Shown piece by piece: positions 26,519 to 36,482 of a stretch of DNA of 64,000 nucleotides. The stretch spans positions 33,906 through 97,905 of the forward strand of contig CAWAHI010000021.1 in NCBI GenBank assembly GCA_963781735.1, given 5' to 3'. The notes under the pieces were generated by a model. That model was not told the DNA's origin and ran no database searches. It was given only the letters and a program-made list of their open reading frames with translations. The stretch's first letter is position 1, and each line of letters begins with the position of its first letter. The position numbers were made by a program, and so were the translations under genes. Origin of the DNA: an uncultured Verrucomicrobiae bacterium. GTDB taxonomy: Bacteria; Verrucomicrobiota; Verrucomicrobiia; Chthoniobacterales; UBA10450.

Positions 26519-28039
26519 ATGTCCTACCTCGAACTACTCAAACTGGCCTCGCCCGAAGCGATTGTTACGTTGACGGCTTTGATTGTTCTCGCGATTGGAG
26601 TAGCGACTGGGCGAAGAACTGTAGTGGCAGGCGTGTCGCCTGGAAAACCACCGCAACCTGCGGCGGGCAAGGCGGCCGCCTCTACAGTGATCTGCACCTT
26701 GGTCGCGGCGCTCGGACTGATCGTCGCCATCGCGGCCATTGTGACGCTTCCATCGAGCGCCGACCTCTTCCGCGGCATGCTGGTAATCTCGCCGCTGAAC
26801 TCGCTCTTCGAGATCGTCTGCCTGGTTCTTGCTTTTTTTACCATCCTCCTCGCATCTCGCGAGACACCGAATTACGGCGAGTACATTGCCATCATTTTGC
26901 TCGCGACCATCGGTCTGCTACTTCTCGTTAGCAGCGAAGAATTACTCATGATTTTCATTGGGCTCGAACTTACCGGGCTGTCGCTTTATCTCATGACCGC
27001 GTTCGACAAAGGCGACATCCGGTCGGCCGAGGCGGGGCTGAAGTATTTTCTCTTTGGCAGTACCGCCAGTGCTTTTACGCTCTTTGGACTGAGCCTCATT
27101 TACGGAGTGGCAGGTAGCACTAGTCTTGCGGCCATTGCGGATAGGCTTAACACTCAGGCTCTGTCTCCGCTGCTTTTTGCCGGCGTCGTTATGACCTTGG
27201 TCGGGTTTGCCTTCAAAATTGCAGCGGCGCCTTTCCATCTCTGGGCGCCGGATGCCTATCAGGGCGCGCCAGTTTCCAGCGCCGCTTTCATCGCTTCGGG
27301 ATCGAAGGTCGCGTCATTCGTGGTGCTCGGGAAAATTATGCTGGTTGGATTCAGTCCGATTCACGGCAGCGCGGATTGGCATGCGATGGTGGCCGGCTGG
27401 TCGCCGGTGTTAGCGGCCTTGGCGGCGTTCTCGATTCTTATCGGCAATCTGGTTGCGCTGGTGCAAAGCAATCTGCGCCGGTTACTCGCCTACTCGGCTG
27501 TCGCCCATGCCGGTTACACGTTGCTTGGACTAGTCGCAGGTGGACGGGAAGGATTTAGCGCTACCTTGTTCTACACTACTATATACGCATTCACCTTACT
27601 GGGCGCTTTCGGTGTGGTCGCGCTGGTGCGACGCGAAACTGGCGGCGACGATTTGCAAAACTTTGCGGGGTTATCTGCGCGCTCGCCTTTGCTCGCTGGT
27701 TGCATGGCGATCTTCCTGTTGTCGTTGGCGGGACTTCCGCCGCTCGCCGGATTCTTCGGAAAATTCTACCTCTTTAGCGTCGCTTTCGGCGCCGGTGCAA
27801 ATCACGGCCTGCTCTGGCTCGTTGTTGTCGCGCTTTTCGGTAGTCTGATCTCGCTTTACTATTATCTCATCGTTTTGAAGTTGATTTTCCAAACGCAAAA
27901 CATCGAAAAATTCCCTGCCTCGTCGATCGCGCACAGTGCACTTTCCAGAGTGACAATCGCGCTTGCCGCCGCGATCGTGCTGTGCCTCGGAATCACGCCC
28001 CAATTTCTGGTCGCGCGCATCCTCGCGGCATTGCCCTGA
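26519..28039 (+). CDS. nuoN: NADH-quinone oxidoreductase subunit N
   Basis: ORF track. ND2-type motif 'AAPFHLWAPDAYQGAPVSSAAFIASGSKVA'. Confidence 0.9.
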   Translation: MSYLELLKLASPEAIVTLTALIVLAIGVATGRRTVVAGVSPGKPPQPAAGKAAASTVICTLVAALGLIVAIAAIVTLPSSADLFRGMLVISPLNSLFEIVCLVLAFFTILLASRETPNYGEYIAIILLATIGLLLLVSSEELLMIFIGLELTGLSLYLMTAFDKGDIRSAEAGLKYFLFGSTASAFTLFGLSLIYGVAGSTSLAAIADRLNTQALSPLLFAGVVMTLVGFAFKIAAAPFHLWAPDAYQGAPVSSAAFIASGSKVASFVVLGKIMLVGFSPIHGSADWHAMVAGWSPVLAALAAFSILIGNLVALVQSNLRRLLAYSAVAHAGYTLLGLVAGGREGFSATLFYTTIYAFTLLGAFGVVALVRRETGGDDLQNFAGLSARSPLLAGCMAIFLLSLAGLPPLAGFFGKFYLFSVAFGAGANHGLLWLVVVALFGSLISLYYYLIVLKLIFQTQNIEKFPASSIAHSALSRVTIALAAAIVLCLGITPQFLVARILAALP

Positions 28040-28190
28040 GCCGGTGCGAGCGCACTTGCCGCAATCGTCTTGCTGGTCTTACTCAATGCAAACGGGCACA
28101 TTCGTAACAACCCGGCGGCATCACAGAATTGGTTGTTTTTCCAAAAAAATTGCGTGATCAATCGCGCAGGAGCACGGTATTAATCAAATT

Positions 28191-29204
28191 GTGCGTCGAG
28201 ACCACGAAGCGGAACTTTCACAGGGCGTGAAACCCGGCAGTGTCAGTCGTTTTATTGATCGCCATTACCGACACTTCAACGCCGCCGTCCTCAAGGACGC
28301 CGCTGAGGCCTACATCGCGCATCTTGAGCAGGGCGGAAAGATGATGATCACCCTCGCCGGCGCGATGAGCACGGCTGAACTGGGTGTGTCCCTGGCGGAA
28401 ATGATTCGGCAGGACAAGGTCCACGCCATCACCTGCACCGGAGCGAATTTGGAAGAAGACCTCTTTAACCTTGTTGCGCGTTCTCAATACGAACGCATTC
28501 CCAATTACCGCGAGCTCACCCCGGAAGCGGAGGAAGATTTGCTACGGCGCCATCTCAATCGCGTGACCGATACCTGTATTCCGGAAGAATACGCTATCCG
28601 TAAGATCGAGAAAATTCTCATCGAAGAGTGGGTCGTTGCCGAGGAGAAGAAGCAACATCTTTTTCCCCACGAATTTCTTTTCAAGATCTTGCGCGAATGT
28701 CGGCTAAAAAAATTCTACGAGATCGATCCAAACGACAGTTGGATGATGGCTGCCGCCCAAAAAAACCTCCCGATATTCGTGCCCGGTTGGGAGGATTCCA
28801 CCCTGGGAAACATCTATGCCGCTCGCAATATCACCGGTGAACTCAGCGATGTGCACACCGTTCGTTCCGGCATTGAATATATGATCGAACTCGCCGATTG
28901 GTTTCGGCGCGTCTCCAAGGATTCTTCGATCGGCTTTTTCCAGATCGGCGGTGGGATCGCGGGCGATTTCCCGATCTGCGTCGTGCCGATGTTGAACCAG
29001 GACGTGAAAGGCGCCGATGTTCCGGAGTGGGGTTACTTTTGCCAGATCAGTGATTCCACCACTAGCTTCGGTTCCTATTCGGGCGCCGTCCCTAACGAGA
29101 AAATCACTTGGGGGAAACTGCGCGCCAACACCCCAAGATACATTATCGAATCCGACGCCACCATCGTGGCGCCCCTCATTTTCGCTAAGGTACTAGGCTG
29201 GTAG
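28191..29204 (+). CDS. deoxyhypusine synthase family protein
   Basis: ORF track (GTG start). 'MITLAGAMSTAELG...VHAITCTGANLEEDLFNL' and 'FQIGGGIAGDF' resemble the DHS fold. Confidence 0.85.
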   Translation: MRRDHEAELSQGVKPGSVSRFIDRHYRHFNAAVLKDAAEAYIAHLEQGGKMMITLAGAMSTAELGVSLAEMIRQDKVHAITCTGANLEEDLFNLVARSQYERIPNYRELTPEAEEDLLRRHLNRVTDTCIPEEYAIRKIEKILIEEWVVAEEKKQHLFPHEFLFKILRECRLKKFYEIDPNDSWMMAAAQKNLPIFVPGWEDSTLGNIYAARNITGELSDVHTVRSGIEYMIELADWFRRVSKDSSIGFFQIGGGIAGDFPICVVPMLNQDVKGADVPEWGYFCQISDSTTSFGSYSGAVPNEKITWGKLRANTPRYIIESDATIVAPLIFAKVLGW

Positions 29205-29281
29205 TATCGCGGCGGGCCGTCGAGTCGAAGCAAGCCCCCAGACGGATCCCGAATCGTCGCACCCTTGTCGTAACATCAAAC

Positions 29282-30022
29282 ATGGCAACCCCAGATTCGT
29301 TAATCGTCGCGGCGAGACGTCTGCGCGATGCTGTTGCCGAACTGAGATTCGCCGCGCCAGTGGCGTATGTTTACGATCCGCTCGTTTATGCCTGGCATGC
29401 GCACGAGATTTACCTGCGACGCTATGGCAATGGTCACAAACGCGTGTTGTTCCTCGGAATGAATCCCGGTCCGTTTGGTATGGCGCAAACCGGTATCCCA
29501 TTCGGGGAAATCGCAGCAGTGCGCGATTGGCTTGGCATTCAAGCCACGATTGAGCGCCCCCCTGACGAGCATCCCAAACGGCCGGTGATGGGATTCAATT
29601 GCACACGGAGCGAAATCAGCGGCCAACGTTTGTGGGGATTGTTCGCGAAACGCTTTGGCTCTGCCGAAAAGTTCTTCGAAAAACACCTTGTGGTGAATTA
29701 TTGCCCGCTCGCCTTTGTCGAGGCAAGCGGACGGAATCGAACTCCGGACAAACTGCCGTCAGTCGAGCGCACAGCACTGTTCGTCGCGTGCGATGAACAT
29801 TTGCGGGAAATCGTTCGCGTCCTTGAACCGGAATGGATCATCGGTGTTGGTGATTTCGCGGCAAAACGCGCGCGTGATGTTATCGCCAGCACCGCCAGTC
29901 CGACATCGGACCCACCGCGCGTCGGCCAGATTTTGCATCCGAGTCCAGCCTGCCCTGCTTCCAACAACGACTGGGGCGGCATCGCCACGAAGCAATTGCG
30001 AAATCTTGGCGTCTGGAAATAA
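29282..30022 (+). CDS. SMUG1-type (family 3) uracil-DNA glycosylase
   Basis: ORF track. Motif 1 'GMNPGPFGMAQTGIPFG' and motif 2 'HPSP'. Confidence 0.85.
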   Translation: MATPDSLIVAARRLRDAVAELRFAAPVAYVYDPLVYAWHAHEIYLRRYGNGHKRVLFLGMNPGPFGMAQTGIPFGEIAAVRDWLGIQATIERPPDEHPKRPVMGFNCTRSEISGQRLWGLFAKRFGSAEKFFEKHLVVNYCPLAFVEASGRNRTPDKLPSVERTALFVACDEHLREIVRVLEPEWIIGVGDFAAKRARDVIASTASPTSDPPRVGQILHPSPACPASNNDWGGIATKQLRNLGVWK

Positions 30023-30143
30023 GCTGTAGTGGCGGCCGTGTCGGCCGCGAGTGACGCCCGGCGAAAGCGAAAGTTTTTCCGTTTTAAAGAGTGGGTAATG
30101 GCAAATGAACGGATAATCTTGATGAACGCATGTGCGTCGTCCT

Positions 30144-31478
30144 ATGAAACCGGAAACTAACTACGCTAAGAGCGGTGACGTTTACATTGCATACCAGGTT
30201 AACGGCAGCGGTCCGTTCGACCTCGTTTGGGCACCCGGAACCTTTTCCCATTTGGACATGGATTGGGAGTTTCCGATGCGCGCGGATTTTTTTCTGAAAC
30301 TGGGAACGATCTGCCGACTCATCCGTTTTGATAAGCGCGGGACAGGTCTCTCCGACCGTCCGACTCAGATGGCCACACTCGAACAGCGAACCGACGATAT
30401 TCGTGCGGTCATGGATGCAGTCGGTCTGGAATCCGCGGTCATTTTTGGTGTGTCCGAGGGTGCGTCGATGGCGTGCATGTTCGCCGCGACTTATCCGGAG
30501 CGGACGCGATCTCTCGTTACGTGGGGAGGGATGGCCCGATGGTGCGCGAGCGAGGATCATCCCTGGGGACTAAATATGGAGCAGTACGCAGAGATGATCC
30601 GAGACGTTCGGGAAAACTGGCCGTCTGAATGGTACATCAGAGGACCTGGCGCCGGCCTCGGACGGGATGCCCCGCAGGACATGATAGATCATGCCAAGCG
30701 CTACATGCGCGCTGCCGGCAGTCCGTCGGCCGTGGCCGCGTACGAAACAATGAATTCCGAGATCGACATTCGGCCGATCCTGAGCGCGATCAAAGTTCCA
30801 ACGCTAATCATGAATCGAACGGGCGATCCGGCGGTGAGTGTGGAAGGCGCGCGCGATATGGCAAAGCGAATACCAGGCGCGAGGTTTATCGAGTATCCCG
30901 GGAATACCCATTCCATTATGGCGATCGAGCCGGAAAAAATCATCGGCGATATCCAGGAATTCGTTACCGGGGTTCGTCACGAAGTCATCGACGATCGCGT
31001 ATTGGCAACCGTTCTGTTTGTCGATATCGCTGATTCCACCAAAATGCTAAGTGAACTTGGTGATCGGGTTTGGAAGGAAAAACTCGAAAGTTACTACCGA
31101 CTCGTCAGGTCTGAGTTCGGACACTATCGGGGCCACGAGACAAACACCGCTGGCGACGGAATTATGGCAAGCTTCGATGGACCGGCGCGAGCGGTCCGCT
31201 GCGCATCTGCTATCGCTTCTCAAGTCAAGCAATTGGGTCTCGACGTCAGGGTGGGTGTCCACACCGGAGAAGTCCAGGTGATGGGCGACAACATTGGCGG
31301 AATCGCGGTACATATTGCCTCGCGCGTGCAGAGCGAGAGCGCGCCCGGGGAAGTTCTGGTTTCGAGCACAACGAAGGACCTCATCGCCGGATCAGGCATC
31401 TCTTTCCAGCCCCGGGGCGAACGCAATCTCAAGGGAGTTCCGGGCGCGTGGCATCTTCACGCGGTCGTTAACCAGTGA
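30144..31478 (+). CDS. alpha/beta hydrolase fused to a class III adenylate/guanylate cyclase domain (LipJ-like architecture)
   Basis: ORF track 30132..31478, with ATG at 30144. N-terminal hydrolase fold (GVSEGASMA elbow). C-terminal cyclase domain (VLFVDIADSTKM ... AGDGIMASFDGPARAVRCA ... VGVHTGEV). Confidence 0.85.
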   Translation: MKPETNYAKSGDVYIAYQVNGSGPFDLVWAPGTFSHLDMDWEFPMRADFFLKLGTICRLIRFDKRGTGLSDRPTQMATLEQRTDDIRAVMDAVGLESAVIFGVSEGASMACMFAATYPERTRSLVTWGGMARWCASEDHPWGLNMEQYAEMIRDVRENWPSEWYIRGPGAGLGRDAPQDMIDHAKRYMRAAGSPSAVAAYETMNSEIDIRPILSAIKVPTLIMNRTGDPAVSVEGARDMAKRIPGARFIEYPGNTHSIMAIEPEKIIGDIQEFVTGVRHEVIDDRVLATVLFVDIADSTKMLSELGDRVWKEKLESYYRLVRSEFGHYRGHETNTAGDGIMASFDGPARAVRCASAIASQVKQLGLDVRVGVHTGEVQVMGDNIGGIAVHIASRVQSESAPGEVLVSSTTKDLIAGSGISFQPRGERNLKGVPGAWHLHAVVNQ

Positions 31479-31641
31479 CAGCCCTTCGCGTCGTCACGTT
31501 AAGTCGGTCAAATCGTCGAATGTTGAATAGGCAACGATCGGGTTCCCCGCTTTGCGATCTGCACTCCGAAACCGCCAGTCCGGTCGAAGACTAGCCTCAC
31601 CACGGCGAGTCTGTCTCATAGCGGACGTGGTGAGCTCGGAC

Positions 31642-32379
31642 CTAGTCGTCGGCTGTCTCGACATGGTAGCGAACTTCGATGTCAGGGCCGCCATCGGCTT
31701 TTTTCGGTCCGGTTGACCCCGGCTCATCGACGAAATCGGGTTTGTACCAGGGCGACCATTCGTGATACTTCTTCGGCATCGGGTTCGCCGGGAGACGAAT
31801 GTTGTAAAGACGGGCACCGCCATTGGGAAACTTTACTGCCAGCAAACGGTGCGAGGTCCGGTAGTAGAGCGGCACATAACCGCGGCGAGTCGCCGTTTCG
31901 TCCGGTTTCTCCAGGACCACATCTGCCGAGTTCCTATCAGTCGTAAGCTCGGCGGTAGCGTCCGCAAAAATCGCGATGTTCGCCGGCGCGCGTATCTCGA
32001 GTCGCAGCAGCGGCTCCGGCCCATTCAAATTCAGGACGTGCGGTTGCATCGAATACCAGATGCCAACCACAGACGCTGCTGACACGATGATGACGGCGAA
32101 AGCTGCCATGGCACCGACGAGAACCTTGATGCCGCGCACACCGCGTCTCCGTAAAACCAGCCAGACTGTGACGACAAATCCGAGCACGCCTGAGAGCAGC
32201 CCGATTGCGATCGCGAAATATCCGGCTTCGCCTTCTCTCGCCGAGATATGCAGCGGACCCGCCGCTAACAAACTGGCAAGAGCGGCTCCAAGAAAAGCGA
32301 ACACGCCGAAACCGACCAGTCCGGCAACTGCCGCGACCAGGATCGCCGAAAATCTTAGTTTGTGTGCCGGCTCAACCAT
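31642..32379 (-). CDS. hypothetical membrane protein (245 aa)
   Basis: ORF track 31642..32841. The long N-terminal extension overlaps the opposite-strand gene, so I start at the internal ATG (MVEPAHKLRFSAILVAAV...). Four N-terminal TM helices plus a soluble C-terminal domain. No family recognised. Confidence 0.5.
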   Translation of the reverse strand: MVEPAHKLRFSAILVAAVAGLVGFGVFAFLGAALASLLAAGPLHISAREGEAGYFAIAIGLLSGVLGFVVTVWLVLRRRGVRGIKVLVGAMAAFAVIIVSAASVVGIWYSMQPHVLNLNGPEPLLRLEIRAPANIAIFADATAELTTDRNSADVVLEKPDETATRRGYVPLYYRTSHRLLAVKFPNGGARLYNIRLPANPMPKKYHEWSPWYKPDFVDEPGSTGPKKADGGPDIEVRYHVETADD

Positions 32380-32542
32380 GGGAAAAGATAATGAGTAGCC
32401 TGGGCGAAAGCGAACAGAGGAAAATTGCAATGCCGGCTTTCCGAGCACGCACGGAAGCAGGCGGACGCGTGAGTCTGCAAAAATTCGCCTAACGACAATT
32501 AGACATTCGCCTCCGGCACAATCGCAGGCCAAGCTTACCGGT

Positions 32543-33569
32543 ATGGCAACAGCTTTTCGCCTGATTCGGATTCTCACCCTTTTCACAATCCTTTGCGCTA
32601 ATGGCGCATTCGGGGCCAGTGAAGAACCGATGATGAAAGCGGTGGTCGCGCACGAGTATGGTGCCCCGGAGGTATTGAAGTTCGAAGAAGTGTCGCGGCC
32701 GGAGCCGAAGGACGATGAAGCGCTCGTCCGTGTAATCGCAAGCGGAGTGAATCCAGCCGACCCGCTCACGCTCAGCGGCAAATACGCGCGAGAGTGGGGA
32801 ACGAATTTGCCACTGATTCCGGGGTACGAGATTGCCGGCATTATCGAAAAAACCGGGGCAAAATTTACCAGCCTTAAGCCGGGCGACGCTGTTTACGGTT
32901 ATCCAACGTTCGGTGGCGGCTGGGCCGAATACGTCACGGTCAAGGAATGGGAGGTCGCGCCAAAACCGAAATCACTCAGCTTTGCGGAGGCTGCGGCGGT
33001 GCCGATGGGTGCGTTAACCGCATGGCAAGCGCTCGTCAACGAAGCGCAGCTACATGAAGGGACAAACCATTCTCATTCATGGCGGCTCCGGTGGTGTCGG
33101 CTCTTTCGCTATTCAAATCGCCAAAGTGCGTGGCGCTCGCGTGATCGCAACGGCATCAACCGCAAACCAGGACCTGCTCCGGCAGCTGGGCGCGGATGTG
33201 GCGATCGATTACACCAAACAAAAATTCGAAGAGATCGCGAAAGACGTCGATTGCGTGCTGGATCCGATCGGCAAAGACACCCTTGCCCGATCTTACGCGG
33301 TAGTGAAGAAAGGCGGCATCATTTTGGCGCTCGTGGCCCGGCCAGATCCGGAGGAACTCAAGAAACACGAGATTCGCGCGGCCGGCATCTGGGTTAAACC
33401 GAACGCGAAAGATCTTTCGGACATCGCGAAGCTGATCGACGCCGGGAAAATCAAACCAGTCGTCACGAAAGTTCTGCCGCTGAGTGAAGCAATCGCGGCC
33501 GAACAACAGGCCGAAACGCATCACACCCGCGGGAAAGTTGTGCTGCGGATCGCCGATGAACCGAAGTGA
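32543..33569 (+). CDS. MDR-family NADPH:quinone oxidoreductase / zinc-type alcohol dehydrogenase-like protein, frame-disrupted as assembled
   Basis: ORF 32543..33397 carries the N-terminal GroES-like domain (MMKAVVAHEYGAPEVLKFEEV...). ORF 33054..33569 carries the Rossmann domain (KGQTILIHGGSGGVGSFAIQIAK...). The junction is at ~33048-33056. Total length is 1027 nt (3n+1). Confidence 0.8.
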
Positions 33570-33707
33570 CTCCGCTTCGCTTCGTTGCGTGAAACGTTGA
33601 ATCGTTGAAGCGTTAAATCGGATTTTGCTTCCTGCCGCGTTCGGCCTCGCTACTTCGCGACTGATGTTACAAACGGCGGCGGAGTCATTCGTTCGACACA
33701 GCTGACA

Positions 33708-35089
33708 TCAAGGTTCTTGGGCGTCTCCTTTTTCGATGAACTCCATGATCAGCCGGTCGACACAGCCTGGATCGGTCAGACCATCGACGCCGTGACCGGC
33801 CTGTGGAACAATTACGTGCCGGCTGTTAGGCAGGTAATGTGCCACCTCTTCACCGCGTGACGGTGGGGTTACCGGATCCATGTTCCCGGAAAAAATGAGC
33901 ACGGGAACATTCGACGAGACAGGATCACGAAAATTGTCTGGTATCTTTGCGCGCGGCCACATCCCGCAGGCACGCGTTTGCTGAAAAACGCGATAATTGC
34001 CAAATGGATTGCCCGCGTTCATCCGCGCCGCTTCCGCCTGATCAATGAACGGAACATCTTCCGCGCAGGTCACGCAAAGATACATCCCGTCAGCGATGAA
34101 ATCCGGGATTGATGGGCTGATGGCTTCGTGCAGGAACGGCGCCCAATCGCCGTGTGCCGCCTGATGAATGATGAGTGGAATGCGACTCGCCTGATCTCGC
34201 CCGTACATCCATGTCCGAATTTTCTCCGCGAAAACGCCCCGTTGAATCTCGACTGTCGCCGCAGCGCTCTTGTCCGGCGGCGAATATTCCACGCGCGCCG
34301 GCGCGCGTTCTAATTGCGCGAGCAGGTTTGTCCAATCATCGCGAATTTGCGGGAACGCCTGGTGACAGTGCGCATCCTGTTGGCATTGCTGCAACAACAA
34401 ATCCATCGCCCGCGCTGCCGCCTCCGCGTGATACATCGGCATTTTCAAATAGGTAGGCGCCACACCAATGAGCGTGACGGTGCGAACCCGGTCAGGATGT
34501 TGCCGCAGATAAACGAGGGCCGCGCGCGTTCCGTAGGATATCACCGAAGAGATTGATCCGATCGTAGCCGAGCCAGGCCCGCACATCATCGAGATCGTCC
34601 ATCGCGATGGAAGTGGTGTATTGGGTAAGATCGGCGCGCCGTTCCAACGTTTGTCGAAGGTTCTGCACGTAATCCACCGGATACATTTCACTCAGGTAAT
34701 ACTGCGGCGTTTTTTCCCTCGGCATCGACAGCGGGTTCGATTTCCCGGTACCGCGTTGATCGACCAGCACCACGTCGTGGCGACGGCGAATATTCTTTCC
34801 CATATGTCGCGTAAAACATCGCCGCATCGGTCGATGCTGCGCCAGGTCCGCCGGCGAGATCGAACAACGGATCCGCCTTTGTCTTCTGGTCGAACGCTGG
34901 CAGCACAACCACGTTGAGATCAATTTTCCGACCCATCCGCGTCTCGCGATTTTCAAAAACGCTTAGCTTGCCGCAGAACAACTCTTCATCGATGCCCTCC
35001 AGTCGGCATTGGTTGAGTTTGGCCAGCCCGCCCGGAAGGCGCGCTTTATGACATGCCGCCAACAGAAAAAGCTCGCAGCCAGACCGCAA
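33708..35089 (-). pseudogene. secreted alpha/beta hydrolase (tripeptidyl/prolyl aminopeptidase-like), two frame disruptions as assembled
   Basis: Three consecutive minus-strand ORFs (34688..35089, 34492..34956, 33708..34691) join into one hydrolase: ...DLAGGPGAASTDAAMFYATYGKE / RRRHDVVLVDQRGTGKSNPL...AWLGYDRINLFG / ISYGTRAALVYLRQHPDRV.... Total length is 1382 nt (3n+2). Confidence 0.75.
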
Positions 35090-35139
35090 TCAGGGCAGTG
35101 GCAGAACAAAAGCGACCTGGCCGCACAGACTCATCTTAT

Positions 35140-35893
35140 TTAGTTCGCATGAGACCGCCACCGCGCTGCTGGCGTGAATAAAATATTGCTTGTCCTTCGT
35201 AGAGGCTCCATTTCCGCAAGTGCCTGTTTCGCCTCGAATTTTTCACGGCCGATCACGATCCAGGCATCATAACCGAAGTCGTTCTTGATCTGTTCGATGC
35301 GGGCCAGGTGATCTTCGTGAATGCCGGCAAGCAGTTCGATCAACATGCTCGGCCGATTGATCCGAATAGTTTCGCGTGCCCCCGCCAGAACCTCCATCTC
35401 CGAGCCTTCCACATCGATTTTGAGAAAGCCGACATTTTCAAAACCGTAACTGTCAAGAGTGGCGAGCCGCACCTGTATTTCATCAACGTCATCGTGCGCA
35501 TAGACATTGCCAAGATTGCCGATGATGTGCAGCGACGATCCACTCGCCCGGCGCGGAACGTAAAGAGTGGCAACTCCCTCGTGATCGGAGAGCGCCACTT
35601 CGTGCAGGCGCGCTCTTCTTCCCAGTTTGGTCTGGGCGAACCTGGCCAAAACCGGATTGGGTTCAAAAGCTTCCACGGTGGCGCCAACGCCGGACAGGGC
35701 CCAACTATAGTAGCCGCGGTTTGCGCCCACATCGATTGCCGTGCATCCAGACGGGAACGAGTTCGCGCAATATTGCCAGCTCCGGCTCGACCGCACGTGC
35801 CTCTCGACCGATTTTGTACGGATAATAAAGCCAGGCCGGCAGCAGATTTTTGACGCGGTCTTCGACCGAGAGCTTCATCGGGAGATACTGCAT
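35140..35893 (-). CDS. FkbM family methyltransferase, frame-disrupted as assembled
   Basis: ORF 35140..35796 has 'AIDVGANRGYYS' and 'FLKIDVEGSEMEVL'. The N-terminus MQYLPMKLSVEDRV...EPELAILRELVP is in the frame of ORF 35705..36001. The junction is at 35747-35758. Length is 754 nt (3n+1). Confidence 0.75.
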
Positions 35894-35999
35894 GGTATCG
35901 CAGCGCGCGGCCAATATCGAAATCGACGAACTCCAGTGCGCGTGAGCGAATTTGGTTTTCGCCTTGCTCGAAGTTTGCGCTGACCATAGCCTCCCAGAC

Positions 36000-36461
36000 A
36001 TGAAATATCATCACCTCATTCTTACTTTGGCTTTTAGCCTCGCCCTTTCGACAACTGCACTAGCGAAGGAGAAAGGGACAGGCGCGGACGTTGAAGCTAC
36101 CCTTAAAAAAATCGAGCAGGAGCTAAGCGACAGCATTCTCAAATCAGACCCCTCAGCCTTCGAGAAATACCTCACGAGCGACTACCTGGGCATCGGTCCG
36201 GACGGAGTCACGCAGAATAAGTCCGAGCTCATGTCCGACATTAAATCCGGAACGTTGAAGCTCGAATCCTCGACGATGTCCGATATGAAAGTCCAGGTCG
36301 CCGGCGCCGATATGGCTGTGGTGGTCTATCGCAGCACCGATAAGGGGACGTATAAGGGCAAGGACGTCACCGGCGAGTATCGATGGCTCGATGTCTTCGT
36401 GAAGCGCGATGGGAAATGGCAGATCGCGGTCGATCAGGGCACTCAGATCGCGAAACAATAA
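36000..36461 (+). CDS. secreted DUF4440 / SnoaL-like (NTF2-fold) protein
   Basis: ORF track 35952..36461. ATG at 36000 gives the signal peptide MKYHHLILTLAFSLALSTTALA. The C-terminal '...FVKRDGKWQIAVDQGTQI' is typical of DUF4440. Confidence 0.7.
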   Translation: MKYHHLILTLAFSLALSTTALAKEKGTGADVEATLKKIEQELSDSILKSDPSAFEKYLTSDYLGIGPDGVTQNKSELMSDIKSGTLKLESSTMSDMKVQVAGADMAVVVYRSTDKGTYKGKDVTGEYRWLDVFVKRDGKWQIAVDQGTQIAKQ

Positions 36462-36482
36462 CGGCGCTCTTCACCGAACGCT

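Noticed and set aside
13914-28039. A claim that the organism lacks NuoE/F/G altogether.
   Set aside because: Only this window can be inspected. The N-module genes or a second complete nuo cluster could be elsewhere in the genome, so the statement is restricted to the locus.
30027-30065. GC hairpins after gene ends as intrinsic terminators: GCGGCCGTGTCGGCCGC at ~30030, the 9832 and 49564 hairpins, and GAAGCAC...GTGCTTC at ~19020-19055.
   Set aside because: None is followed by a T tract, so I do not annotate them as rho-independent terminators. Only the hairpin at 1358..1394 meets that criterion.
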